From assembly GCA_964473485.1 (NCBI GenBank), contig CAYYPH010000015.1:9000-72999 (forward strand): a DNA stretch of 64,000 bases, in the 5' to 3' direction. The position numbers and the translations under genes are program-made. This document shows positions 32,846 through 42,996 of this stretch, piece by piece. The notes beneath the pieces are model-generated. The model saw only the letters and a list, made by a program, of their open reading frames with translations, searched no databases and was not told the origin of the DNA. Source of the stretch: an uncultured Prolixibacteraceae bacterium. GTDB taxonomy: Bacteria > Bacteroidota > Bacteroidia > Bacteroidales > FEN-979. Each line of letters starts with the position of its first letter. The first letter of the stretch is position 1.

Positions 32846-33490
32846 ATGCTTAAGACTTCGGGTTCGTTAGCTGTCAGCATACTGTTTTTGATCAATACAT
32901 TGTTTTCACAGGAACTTCCTGACCAGTCGGTAATGAAAGCCCATGCTCCGGCCACTTTCCAGGCTGTATTCTCCACCACGCAGGGAGATTTCACCATTGA
33001 AGTGGTCAGAAACTGGTCTCCAGCCGGGGCCGACCGCTTATATCAACTGCTCATGACCGGATACTTCAACCAAAACAGCCTTTTCAGGGTCCAGAAATCC
33101 TATGTTGTACAGTTCGGTATAAGCGACTTTGCGGATGTGAATTATTTCTGGGACCGGAAGCCGATACCGGATGAACCTGTAAGGATGAGCAATAAAAAGG
33201 GGTACGTATCCTTTGCCCGTGATGGCATGTCGAGCAGGACCACCCAGTTGTTTATCAACATGAAAGACAATCCGAAACTTGACACGGTCGATTATAACGG
33301 GTTGAAAGGATTTCCGCCAGTCGGAATGATCACAAAAGGGTTCGAAGTCGTAGAAAGACTTTATGGTGAGTATGGTTTTGAACCTGCACGACATCAGGAT
33401 TCAATCATGGCAAAAGGGAACGGGTTTCTGCACCGGAAATTTCCGAAACTGGATTACATCCGGGAGGCCTACATCCTATCTGATAAATAG
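32846..33490 (+). CDS. Cyclophilin-type peptidyl-prolyl isomerase, exported
   Basis: Signal peptide; TTQGDFTIEV..WSPAGADR, FRVQKSYVVQFG, GYVSFARDG..SRTTQLFINMKDN..LD. Confidence 0.88.
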   Translation: MLKTSGSLAVSILFLINTLFSQELPDQSVMKAHAPATFQAVFSTTQGDFTIEVVRNWSPAGADRLYQLLMTGYFNQNSLFRVQKSYVVQFGISDFADVNYFWDRKPIPDEPVRMSNKKGYVSFARDGMSSRTTQLFINMKDNPKLDTVDYNGLKGFPPVGMITKGFEVVERLYGEYGFEPARHQDSIMAKGNGFLHRKFPKLDYIREAYILSDK

Positions 33491-33501
33491 GGAATCCGGC
33501 A

Positions 33502-34110
33502 CTATTGGGAAGAGTAGGTCGTTTTCACGGTGATGTACGCAGGATAAGTCAGGGCCGTCTTTCCGACGTAAATGGTTGGTTTCAGCCTGATTCTGAATCG
33601 TGTGGGCACATTGCCCACCCCGGCCAGGTTCATACCGAAATTCAGAATGGCATCGGCTGATTTTCCCTTCAGAACCGTTTTAAGATCGACTGCCACCTGG
33701 ACGGGGATGTTTGTTACGCTTTTACCTGGGATGACAAACGGCTTTTCCAGGACCCCGGAGGTCATCTGGATTTCATCGATGAAAAGGACCCATTCAAGCC
33801 GGTTCAGGCCGGCTGGATCACTGTTGGGATTACGTCCTTCAAGGTTAAGCTGCAGGGAAAGAGGCACTGTCGGGCTGGTCAGACTTCCCATGATCCTGGC
33901 CATGTCGGTGAGACTCATATCGGAGATTGACCGTATGTTCTGAACCAATACACCGGCAATATTTACATCCTGCACCGATTGGATTCTAAAGTCGCATTTG
34001 GCCAGGTTTGATGCGTACTTAGCCTGCCTGGTCAAGTCGCAGCCCGTATCTGTTACCAGCAGGGTCATCAGGGCCAGGCTAAAAAAAAAGGCAAATGGTT
34101 TGATGCGCAT
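33502..34110 (-). CDS. LEA_2/WHy-like lipoprotein (hypothetical)
   Basis: Lipobox-like DTGC; LNLEGRNPN..PAGLNRLEWVLFIDE...SG beta-sandwich pattern. Confidence 0.6.
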   Translation of the reverse strand: MRIKPFAFFFSLALMTLLVTDTGCDLTRQAKYASNLAKCDFRIQSVQDVNIAGVLVQNIRSISDMSLTDMARIMGSLTSPTVPLSLQLNLEGRNPNSDPAGLNRLEWVLFIDEIQMTSGVLEKPFVIPGKSVTNIPVQVAVDLKTVLKGKSADAILNFGMNLAGVGNVPTRFRIRLKPTIYVGKTALTYPAYITVKTTYSSQ

Positions 34111-34169
34111 TTTTTCGGTTTTTTGACTTTAACTGATCGGGTCGGAATTATACTACAGAGTCTGGCTAT

Positions 34170-37100
34170 CTACCACGTCAAACGGATAAACTTTGTTTCA
34201 TTGGGTTTGAAAGGGAGCCACACCGGTTGGGATTTATCAATCGAACCGGCCGGTTTTGTCCACCATGTTTTCAGGTTTTCGAACACCACATTAACTTCAT
34301 TCACCATGGTTGCCCCGGTGATCGCCGCCATCGATTTATCTTTCCCGGCCGGATGCATCAGCAGCAATGAATCAGATTTACCGGCGGTTTCGCGCAACTG
34401 AAGTACCATCTCTTTCCCGTTTGCCGAAGGGTAAGTGCAAACCATTAAAATACCGGGATTTCCTTCGGGAAGATAAGCGTTCGGGACAGGTAACGCAGGA
34501 GGCTTCGCTGCGGCCGGAAATACCCTTGTAATCAGCGGGATCCTTGCATTCCAGCCAAAGCGGGTCGCCAGGGCGTTCGACGGATCGCCTGATGATGTAA
34601 GCTGGTAGGTCCACCTCAGCTCTCCTTCCTGGCTGGCAAAGAAATTGGTGGTCCAGTAATTATTCAGAACCCAGGAGTAGACAGCCTGGCTTGCGGGCTT
34701 GAATACCCGTTCAAATTTTCCAAGGTTGATATCTCCGAGGTGCACCAGCGGGATCTCCGGCGAGGAAAGAACAATCTGCGCTTCCGTATTTCTTACCGCC
34801 ACAAAGTTCTGTATCCCTGTCCAGTCGGATGCCGAACCCGGAATACGGGTTATCTCAGGATTCATGGTTCCCCCGCTAACTTCAGCCATAAAATGTGCGC
34901 CTTCGAGCCGGAAAGGGAACGCAACATAAACCGCTTCAGGCGAAATTACCGGCAGTTTTTTCATGGAATAGGCAAATTCAATCTTTTTTTCATCATGGTA
35001 CAACCTGATCTCCAGTGTTACTCCCGAGGGATCAGCACATTCAGTCAATTCGCCAATGAGTGTCAGGCTTGTCCACACCGGGCCATTTTTAAGTTCGCCA
35101 AACCGGATTCCGGTCCATTGACGCCTCGAAAAATCTTCGAGACGGAGTTGTTCCAGTTGCGAACGGTTATTGCCAAGCCTTTCATAGATCACAGTACCCA
35201 GTGGCCAAGGGGCATTCTGATCAAGCAATTGCCTATTCAGTTCACGGTCAACAAGGCTCTTGATCCTTCCCTCCGACTGATCGAATTCAATCCGGTAAAA
35301 TTCGTTTTCAAGAATCCCGTTAAAAGGTTGCCCGGCCTGTTGTATCCGGGGAGTTTTTGCGGTGACAATGCGATAGGACTTATATCCCATCGGGGGAATA
35401 TTTTCAGCCCGTACAAGCCAATAGGTTCCATCCTCGCGTCGTGAAAGCGGCTGCACCAGCACAGTGTCACTTCCATCGAGAATGGCAAATCCCCTGTCTT
35501 CTGGTATTATCTGGTGGTCAATATAAACAATGGCATTGGCTGTCCGTGTAAAATCGAGCGTATTGATCACGATCAACGACGGAACCTCACATCGGGGCAG
35601 CAATGGCTGGATCCGTCCCATCATTCCTTCCCTGAAAATATGTTCCCTTTTTACCGCCGACCAGATGTACGACTCCTTCAGTCCAATCTGGACGACGCTG
35701 TTTTCGCACAGCGGATCGGAGATACTTTCGGCGGCGCCAAAAGTATGTTCATCATAGAAGATCAGTTCCTCGGCAACCCTCCGGTGCTCATCTGTAAGGT
35801 AATCGCCGGGGGGCGCTCCAATCAGTGCACCGAATGAAGCGAGTCCCTGACCGGCAATGAAATCTGCATGGGTCTTCCGGGCATAGGCGGTCGGTATGGC
35901 GGCCGATCCGAAACCATCCATCCACCAGTCGGGCCATGCTCCCCTGATCACAGGCAGGTCGTTTCCGTATTTCGTCCTGATGATCGCGGGAAATTCAGAA
36001 AGAGTGGCGAGACGAAGCCGGGGCCAAACATATTGTTCATTCCATTTTCTCACCAGTTCGCAGGCCGTGGTTGATGGCGGCGAATTATCCGTGAGGTGCC
36101 CGCTGAACTGAATGGCATACTCATGAAAGCCATAACCCCGCTTACGGATGTCATCCAGGTGGTCCAGCAGGTTTTTCCCAAAGGTATCAAGGTTGGTTAG
36201 GATGCCCAGGTTATTGCCCATCATGTAATGTTCGGGCCGATTAACAAGCAAGCGGTTTCCCGAGGGCGATTCCCACCAGAAAGCGGTTGGAACGTTGAAT
36301 GGTTTCAGGGCACGGTGTGTATTCTGTGCCATATTCAGGATGCCGATTCCAGCAACAGGAAGATAATCGGCAAGACACCACGGGACTCCGTTGATATCGC
36401 TCTGCATGGCCGACCGCACTGAAAATCCTGAATCCCGGATCATCTTCACTGACTGCAGCGACAAGGCAACCATTGGTTCATCTGAAAGATCGGATCCGTT
36501 GACGAACATTGCCGCGATTTCAATCCTGTTTTCCTTCACTCTTTTCCGCAGACGTTCGATCTGCTCCCGGGGCCTGGTTTTCAGATACTCCCCAACGGCC
36601 CATGATGTTTCGCAGGTCCAGCGGAACCTGGCATCGTCTGGCAGGGAATCGGTCTGGTCGCAAAAATCAAGTGCATAATCGAGGTATCTCAGGTGTTCGG
36701 GCAGTATTTCGGTCTGTGGCCTGGTGTATCCGATATCGGTGTGGGTGTGCTGAACAAGGTAGATCTCCCAAGGATAAGGCGGATCAATAGTGAAGGAAAA
36801 GGGTTCATCCGGCCGGCCCGAAACGGAAAAAATGCCATTGATCGTCTCCGGGCCGGAAGATTCCGGGAAAAGGACGCTGAAATTATTGAATCCCGTTTCT
36901 ATCAGTACCTCCCTGCCGGCCATCCCTTCGATCCGTATTGCTCCTCTGCGGGCATCACCCGGATTGACAAACTGAAACCAAACCCTTCTTAAATTACCAC
37001 CATTTCCGCGTATCAATGAAGATTCCTTGATGATCGAGAAGGATTCAGTGACCGGAGCCTCGAATGTCATGTACCAGGACCGGCTCCCCCCGGTTTCGCC

Positions 37101-37601
37101 CTGAATTCTTAGGACCTGGGCCTCGCCGTTGCGGATCATTGATGCGGGCACCGTCAGTATAGCATAACCCATCGGGTCGGCATATTTATCAAGCATCGTC
37201 GGCCTGAACTCAAGCGTCGAATTCAGGATCCCCCGGGCCAGGAATGATTTCTTTTCGCTGGTGACCGGATTGGTGAAAGTGAGGCAATAGGTACCGTTGA
37301 TAAACAACCTGAATGGATGGCTGTCGGGATTGGCATCGATGCCGAAAATCCATATGATGCTGACCATTGCCGGATTACCCTGAAGGTTTACCGGTGAGGT
37401 GGTCCACTCGACATACTGCAGTGAATCGAGTGACCTGACCAGCATGGAGGTGCCGACTCCGGGAATGGGTGAATGGTATTGAAATCCGCCTCCCTTCAGG
37501 GTTCGTTCATAACCGTTCATGAAAGCATTTTTCTGAGCTGGCAGGTTGCCAATGCAACAAAACATAATGATGCCCACCAGGAAAGTCACTAATCGTTTCA
37601 T
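34170..37601 (-). CDS. Large exported glycoside hydrolase, GH38 (alpha-mannosidase)-like
   Basis: Signal peptide from MKRLV (37601); VQHTHTDIGY metal-binding motif, FRWTCE, YDEHTFGA, C-terminal YSWVLNNYWTTNF supersandwich motif. Confidence 0.75.
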   Translation of the reverse strand: MKRLVTFLVGIIMFCCIGNLPAQKNAFMNGYERTLKGGGFQYHSPIPGVGTSMLVRSLDSLQYVEWTTSPVNLQGNPAMVSIIWIFGIDANPDSHPFRLFINGTYCLTFTNPVTSEKKSFLARGILNSTLEFRPTMLDKYADPMGYAILTVPASMIRNGEAQVLRIQGETGGSRSWYMTFEAPVTESFSIIKESSLIRGNGGNLRRVWFQFVNPGDARRGAIRIEGMAGREVLIETGFNNFSVLFPESSGPETINGIFSVSGRPDEPFSFTIDPPYPWEIYLVQHTHTDIGYTRPQTEILPEHLRYLDYALDFCDQTDSLPDDARFRWTCETSWAVGEYLKTRPREQIERLRKRVKENRIEIAAMFVNGSDLSDEPMVALSLQSVKMIRDSGFSVRSAMQSDINGVPWCLADYLPVAGIGILNMAQNTHRALKPFNVPTAFWWESPSGNRLLVNRPEHYMMGNNLGILTNLDTFGKNLLDHLDDIRKRGYGFHEYAIQFSGHLTDNSPPSTTACELVRKWNEQYVWPRLRLATLSEFPAIIRTKYGNDLPVIRGAWPDWWMDGFGSAAIPTAYARKTHADFIAGQGLASFGALIGAPPGDYLTDEHRRVAEELIFYDEHTFGAAESISDPLCENSVVQIGLKESYIWSAVKREHIFREGMMGRIQPLLPRCEVPSLIVINTLDFTRTANAIVYIDHQIIPEDRGFAILDGSDTVLVQPLSRREDGTYWLVRAENIPPMGYKSYRIVTAKTPRIQQAGQPFNGILENEFYRIEFDQSEGRIKSLVDRELNRQLLDQNAPWPLGTVIYERLGNNRSQLEQLRLEDFSRRQWTGIRFGELKNGPVWTSLTLIGELTECADPSGVTLEIRLYHDEKKIEFAYSMKKLPVISPEAVYVAFPFRLEGAHFMAEVSGGTMNPEITRIPGSASDWTGIQNFVAVRNTEAQIVLSSPEIPLVHLGDINLGKFERVFKPASQAVYSWVLNNYWTTNFFASQEGELRWTYQLTSSGDPSNALATRFGWNARIPLITRVFPAAAKPPALPVPNAYLPEGNPGILMVCTYPSANGKEMVLQLRETAGKSDSLLLMHPAGKDKSMAAITGATMVNEVNVVFENLKTWWTKPAGSIDKSQPVWLPFKPNETKFIRLTW

Positions 37602-37710
37602 TGTCCCGAAAATCATTGAAATAAAAAAAAAGATGATCAACTACTGCCGGCTAAGATAGGAATAAACTGCATTGGTGGATACAAGATAAAATCCAGGTTG
37701 TAAGCCGGCA

Positions 37711-38985
37711 TTACCGGAGCAGTAGAATGGTGCCTTTATTGCTGGATTTGAACTTCTTGTTATCCTCATAATAGATGACCCAGGTGTAAACGCCTTCCTG
37801 AGCCTGCTGACCGTTCAGGGTTCCGTCCCACGATTCACGGATATCGTTACTTGAAAAAACGACCTGCCCCCACCGGTTATAAATCTGAAGGTTATACTTT
37901 GTGATATTTTCGGGCGGTAACCCAAGAATGCTGAAACGGTCATTGATACCATCACCGTTGGGTGTGAAACTGTTGGGGATATATGGAACCACAAAAACCG
38001 TCACCTCGGCTTTGAACTCCTGTCCGTTGCAGATCGTGCAATAAACCGTATAGCGTGTGGTTTCACTTGGCGAGACGACAAGTTCCTGCTGGTCTGTCAT
38101 AAATTCCGTTCCGTTATACCAGCGGAATGAGATTTTATTCCCGGGAGTCACTGGTTTCAGATTATAGGGGATACGCGAAATCTGAAAACTGTCGACCGAC
38201 GACGGAGTGTACTTCCATGCCATGGTATCGGCGCTCCAGGATGTGGCATTATAACCCGGTACCGCAAAGCCGGTATATCCGCTGATGTCCTGCACTCCAA
38301 GCGTGGCCCTGTTATCGAGCCAATCGGGACACGCCGGTTTGCGCATGATATGATTTTCGATCTCACCGGTTGCTTCATTCAGTACGATCTGAAAGGTAAT
38401 TCCCTGGTTCTGGCATTGATACATCGGACATTCGCACCACATCACCACCAGTTGCCTGGCAGGTGCCGACCCGATGGTCTGATAGAAAATATATGGACTT
38501 CCGGCCTGCACCGGGTTAAGGTCCTGGAACGGGCCGAGTATGCAATTTTTAGGATTGTAGTCAGCCGCGCTGGGTATGGCAAAGGCCTGCCGGGTTCCCT
38601 GGGCATTCTGGTTCGGGCTGAAGCTGATCCAGCCATTGGCTCCAACCCAGAACTGGGTATACCGGTTGCCAAAGAAAACAAATTCAAAACCGATTGGGAA
38701 TGGTCCCTCCACGCCATCGTCACTGGTGGTGATCCCGTTTCCTATCAATCCGTAAGTGGCCTTGAGGGTTACAGGTATCCCTGGATTAATGGTATCGTTG
38801 ACCCCGGCCGACAACTGCGGCAAGGCTTCGGAAGGGTAAAGGAATAAAACCAGGGAGAAAAAGAAAAAAAGGATGGAGCAGAAAGGATTTTTGACATGTG
38901 AATGAAAGAAACCGGCGAGTATAAAGGGACCACCTGCAACCCGATGCAATCCTGAAGCAATTCCCGTCATAGTCCTTATTGACAT
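37711..38985 (-). CDS. T9SS type-B cargo protein (gliding motility-associated C-terminal domain) with nidogen-like region; start uncertain
   Basis: C-terminal IPNSFTPNGDGINDRF...IYNRWGQVVF...WDG...GVY...KGTILLLR; GPFPIGFEFVFFG..Y...WVGANGWISF nidogen-like motif. Confidence 0.8.
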   Translation of the reverse strand: MSIRTMTGIASGLHRVAGGPFILAGFFHSHVKNPFCSILFFFFSLVLFLYPSEALPQLSAGVNDTINPGIPVTLKATYGLIGNGITTSDDGVEGPFPIGFEFVFFGNRYTQFWVGANGWISFSPNQNAQGTRQAFAIPSAADYNPKNCILGPFQDLNPVQAGSPYIFYQTIGSAPARQLVVMWCECPMYQCQNQGITFQIVLNEATGEIENHIMRKPACPDWLDNRATLGVQDISGYTGFAVPGYNATSWSADTMAWKYTPSSVDSFQISRIPYNLKPVTPGNKISFRWYNGTEFMTDQQELVVSPSETTRYTVYCTICNGQEFKAEVTVFVVPYIPNSFTPNGDGINDRFSILGLPPENITKYNLQIYNRWGQVVFSSNDIRESWDGTLNGQQAQEGVYTWVIYYEDNKKFKSSNKGTILLLR

Positions 38986-39021
38986 TTCAAAGCAAATATC
39001 CGTAAATTTCTGAAATAATCT

Positions 39022-39029
39022 TACTTTTG
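39022..39029 (+). promoter_or_regulatory. -7 element for glyA
   Basis: TACTTTTG upstream of the ATG at 39088. Confidence 0.5.
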
Positions 39030-39087
39030 TCCTTTGAAAGGCCAATATTCACAAAACGAAATAAATATTCCAAAAATTTTATCTGTT

Positions 39088-40368
39088 ATGAAAAAAGATA
39101 CCGCGCTTTTCAGGATCATCAGCAACGAGTTGCATCGACAGACCAGTGGCCTGGAGCTGATTGCTTCCGAAAATTTTGTCAGTAACCAGGTGTTAAAAGC
39201 CATGGGTTCATGCCTTACCAACAAATACGCCGAAGGATATCCCGGGAAAAGATATTACGGAGGTTGTCAGCACGTGGATGAGTCGGAGCAACTGGCCATT
39301 GACCGCGCCAAAGAGTTGTTCAATGCAGCCTGGGCCAATGTGCAGCCTCATTCAGGTGCACAGGCCAACATGGCGGTTTTAATGACCTGCCTGAAACCGG
39401 GCGACACTTTTATGGGTCTTGACCTGGCGCACGGGGGCCATCTTTCACACGGATCACCGGTTAACTCTTCGGGGATACTTTACAAGGCAGTAGGGTACCA
39501 GGTTGAACAGGAAACCGGAGTGATTGATTACGAAAAAATGGAAGAAAAGGCGCGTACCATCAAACCGAAATTAATGATCGCCGGCGCTTCAGCCTATTCA
39601 CGTGACTGGGATTACAAGCGCATGCGCCAGATCGCTGACAGCATTGGCGCTCTTCTGATGGCCGACATCGCGCATCCTGCCGGTTTAATCGCGCGCGGGT
39701 TGCTTAACGACCCGATGCCTTATTGCCACATTGTAACCACCACAACGCATAAGACCCTGCGAGGTCCGCGCGGCGGCATGATCCTGATGGGTAAGGATTT
39801 CGAAAACCCATGGGGCCTCACGACACCCAAAGGCGAAATCAAGATGATGTCACAATTACTTGATTCTGCTGTTTTTCCAGGGGTTCAGGGCGGCCCGCTT
39901 GAACATGTCATCGCTGCCAAGGCTGTTTCGTTCTTCGAGGCATTATCCGACGAGTACATGGATTACATCATCCAGGTCAAGAAGAATGCAGCCGCGATGG
40001 CCAAAGCTTTCATCGACAAGGGTTACCATGTAATTTCCGGTGGCACTGACAACCATCTCATGCTGATTGATCTCCGCACAAAATTCCCTGATATCACAGG
40101 AAAACAGGTAGAAAACACACTTGTAAGAGCCGACATCACCGTTAACAAAAATATGGTTCCGTTCGACAGCCGTTCGCCCTTCCAGACCTCCGGGCTCCGC
40201 GTCGGCACCCCGGCTGTTACCACCCGCGGCCTGAAAGAAAAACACATGCCCAAAATCGTAAACCTGATCGATGAAGTGATCGGCGATATCGAAAATGAAG
40301 ACAGAATCCTGAAGGTGCGTAAAAAGGTGAATGACATGATGGCTGATCTTCCGCTCTTTGCCTATTAA
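39088..40368 (+). CDS. glyA: Serine hydroxymethyltransferase
   Basis: [48 protein letters not shown] (PLP Lys); start set at ATG 39088. Confidence 0.98.
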   Translation: MKKDTALFRIISNELHRQTSGLELIASENFVSNQVLKAMGSCLTNKYAEGYPGKRYYGGCQHVDESEQLAIDRAKELFNAAWANVQPHSGAQANMAVLMTCLKPGDTFMGLDLAHGGHLSHGSPVNSSGILYKAVGYQVEQETGVIDYEKMEEKARTIKPKLMIAGASAYSRDWDYKRMRQIADSIGALLMADIAHPAGLIARGLLNDPMPYCHIVTTTTHKTLRGPRGGMILMGKDFENPWGLTTPKGEIKMMSQLLDSAVFPGVQGGPLEHVIAAKAVSFFEALSDEYMDYIIQVKKNAAAMAKAFIDKGYHVISGGTDNHLMLIDLRTKFPDITGKQVENTLVRADITVNKNMVPFDSRSPFQTSGLRVGTPAVTTRGLKEKHMPKIVNLIDEVIGDIENEDRILKVRKKVNDMMADLPLFAY

Positions 40369-40388
40369 AACATTGTATTTCGGAACGG

Positions 40389-40883
40389 ATGAAGAACTTA
40401 ATGTTGGTCAGGCACGCAAAAGCCTCCTGGGAGGAACCCGGGAATGCCGATGCTGACCGGAAACTGGTGCCTAAAGGGATAAAGAGGACAAAACAGGTCG
40501 TTGAATTCTTACAGCAACGAGGTGTCACTGTCGGTCTCATGGTTTCAAGCCCCGCGGTAAGGGCTTATGAAACAGCCAGGCTGATCGCTGAAGGATTGCA
40601 ATACCCGGTGTCGAAGATCAGGATTGAACGGAAATTATATGACTCCTATTACGACCGGATCCTGGATGTCATCTACGCCACCCCGAATGAGGTAGATTCG
40701 CTGATGTTATTCGGGCACAACCCGACTTTTACACAGCTTGCCAATCTGTTCCTGCACCCCGGGATCGATAATCTTCCCACCACCGGCATCGTATGTGTTT
40801 CATTTGCAGTAGATAAATGGGAATTAATACCATCCGTTGAACCAAAGCAGGAATTTGTCGTTTTTCCGAAAATGTTATCCTGA
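40389..40883 (+). CDS. sixA: Histidine phosphatase, SixA family
   Basis: LVRHAKASW, SSPAVRAYETA, LFGHNPTF. Confidence 0.85.
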   Translation: MKNLMLVRHAKASWEEPGNADADRKLVPKGIKRTKQVVEFLQQRGVTVGLMVSSPAVRAYETARLIAEGLQYPVSKIRIERKLYDSYYDRILDVIYATPNEVDSLMLFGHNPTFTQLANLFLHPGIDNLPTTGIVCVSFAVDKWELIPSVEPKQEFVVFPKMLS

Positions 40884-40890
40884 AAAATCC

Positions 40891-42945
40891 ATGGAAAAAG
40901 CCCCGATACTGAACAGGGATCTTAACTGGCTGTACTTTAACGGCAGGGTTCTGCAGGAGGCTGCTGATCCTCGTAATCCGCTGCTTGAGCGGCTTAAGTT
41001 TCTGGGCATTTTTTCGAATAACCGTGATGAGTTCTTCAGGGTCAGGGTGGCTACGCTGAACCGCATGCTCAAGGTGGAGCGGATGCGGTACGACACACCC
41101 GTCAATCCCCGGAAAACCCTCAAGGATATCCTTTCGTTGGTTCAGCTTCAGGAAAAGGAGTTCATGGATATTTACGGGAGCATTGTCAGAGAGCTTGCCG
41201 GGCATGATATTTTCATCATCGACGAAGGCAGACTATCTGAACAGCAGGGGCAGTTTGTTCGCCGTTATTTTCACGAGAAAGTGCGCGTATGCCTTTTCCC
41301 GATCATGATCAGCAGTTTAAGAGACCTTTCATCACTCCGCGACAAAAGCATTTACCTTGCCGCGGTGCTGGGAAGAAAGGACAAGGCCATCAAGGATGAC
41401 TACGCCCTCATCGAGGTTCCGACCAAGACCCTTTCAAGGTTCCTGATCCTTCCTCCCGAAGGGAACAAGCGGTTTATCATTCTGCTTGACGATATCATCC
41501 GTTATTGTTTGTCTGATGTTTTTTCGATCTTCGGGTACGACACATTCAGCGCTTACACGGTGAAGATAACCCGTGATGCGGAGATCGATATTGACACGGA
41601 TGTTTCGAAAAGTTTCCTGGAGGTGATGACCGAGGGGCTGAAACAACGTAAAAGAGGGATGCCGGTCAGGTTTGTCTATGATCAGTCGATTCCTCCTGAG
41701 TTGCTGAAGATCATCATGAAACGGCTGGAGATCACCAAGGATGACAAGACACGCGGGGGCGGGCGCTATCACAACTTCAAGGATTTCATGAGTTTCCCTA
41801 ACCTTGACCACCGCGAACTGGAGTATGAACCGCTGGTGCCGTTACCCCACAAAGATTTACCAGCAAACAGGAGCATTCTATCCTCGATAAGGCAAAAAGA
41901 CATCCTGCTGCATTACCCGTACCAGTCGTTTCAATACATTATCGACCTGCTCAGGGAGGCCTCCGTTGATCCAAGGGTTCGCTCCATCAAAATGACGATT
42001 TACCGTGCTGCCCGGAATTCAAGTGTGATCAATGCCCTGATTAATGCCGCGAGAAACGGTAAATATGTTACCGTTTTCATGGAACTGCAGGCCCGTTTCG
42101 ATGAGGAGGCAAATATCTATTGGAGCGAAAGGCTGAGGGAGGAAGGGGTTAAGGTTATCCACAGCATTCCCGGATTCAAGGTACACTGTAAACTGATCCT
42201 GGTAAGGCGAAAGGAAAACAACACCAATTTTTACTTTTCGCTGGTGGGAACTGGCAATTTCAATGAAGACACGGCCCGGGTTTACTCCGACGTGAGTCTA
42301 CTCACTGCCGACCAGAAGATCTGCAACGATGTTGTGAGTGCTTTCCACCTCATGGAAGAGAATTACAGACCTTACAAATTTAAAACGCTGGTGGTGGCGC
42401 CATTTTCCATGCGCAACTTCTTTATAAAAATGCTGAACCAGGAAGTGCGGAATGCGGCAAAAGGCCGGGAAGCATGGGCGATCATCAAGCTGAACAACCT
42501 CGTTGACAGTGTGATGGTCAAGAAACTCTACAAAGCCAGCCAGGCTGGTGTCAGAATCAAGCTCATCATACGCGGTGTCTGCACACTGGTTCCCGGAGTG
42601 CCCGGGTTAAGCGAAAACATCGAGGCCATCAGCATCGTCGACAGGTTTCTGGAACACGCCCGTGTCATCATATTCTGCAATGGCGGGAACCACCAGTACT
42701 ATATCACTTCCGCCGACTGGATGGTCAGGAATTTCGACAACCGTATCGAAGTGGCTTCGCCCATCCATGATCCTGCTATCAGGGAACAACTGAGAAACAT
42801 CATGAACATTCAGCTCGCCGACAACGTTAAGGCCCGACTCATCGGCCCCGGTCTTCCCAATGAATACAAGATTACCGAAGACCGGGAGATAAGGTCACAG
42901 ATGGAGATTTATGATATGCTGAAAAAGGAGCATTCCCTAATCTGA
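40891..42945 (+). CDS. ppk1: Polyphosphate kinase 1
   Basis: NRDLNWLYFNGRVLQEA, NPLLERLKFLGIFSNNRDEFFRVRVA, LLHYPYQSF, ELQARFDEEANI, KVHCK, SADWMVRNFDNRIEV; start set at ATG 40891. Confidence 0.97.
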   Translation: MEKAPILNRDLNWLYFNGRVLQEAADPRNPLLERLKFLGIFSNNRDEFFRVRVATLNRMLKVERMRYDTPVNPRKTLKDILSLVQLQEKEFMDIYGSIVRELAGHDIFIIDEGRLSEQQGQFVRRYFHEKVRVCLFPIMISSLRDLSSLRDKSIYLAAVLGRKDKAIKDDYALIEVPTKTLSRFLILPPEGNKRFIILLDDIIRYCLSDVFSIFGYDTFSAYTVKITRDAEIDIDTDVSKSFLEVMTEGLKQRKRGMPVRFVYDQSIPPELLKIIMKRLEITKDDKTRGGGRYHNFKDFMSFPNLDHRELEYEPLVPLPHKDLPANRSILSSIRQKDILLHYPYQSFQYIIDLLREASVDPRVRSIKMTIYRAARNSSVINALINAARNGKYVTVFMELQARFDEEANIYWSERLREEGVKVIHSIPGFKVHCKLILVRRKENNTNFYFSLVGTGNFNEDTARVYSDVSLLTADQKICNDVVSAFHLMEENYRPYKFKTLVVAPFSMRNFFIKMLNQEVRNAAKGREAWAIIKLNNLVDSVMVKKLYKASQAGVRIKLIIRGVCTLVPGVPGLSENIEAISIVDRFLEHARVIIFCNGGNHQYYITSADWMVRNFDNRIEVASPIHDPAIREQLRNIMNIQLADNVKARLIGPGLPNEYKITEDREIRSQMEIYDMLKKEHSLI

Positions 42946-42956
42946 ATCTGAAAATC

Positions 42957-42988
42957 CATTCACTCATTCACTCAATCACTCAATCACA
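42957..42988 (+). repeat. 8-bp tandem repeat (CAWTCACT x4) in the ppk1-ftsB spacer
   Basis: cattcact cattcact caatcact caatcaca. Confidence 0.8.
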
Positions 42989-42996
42989 CACTACCA

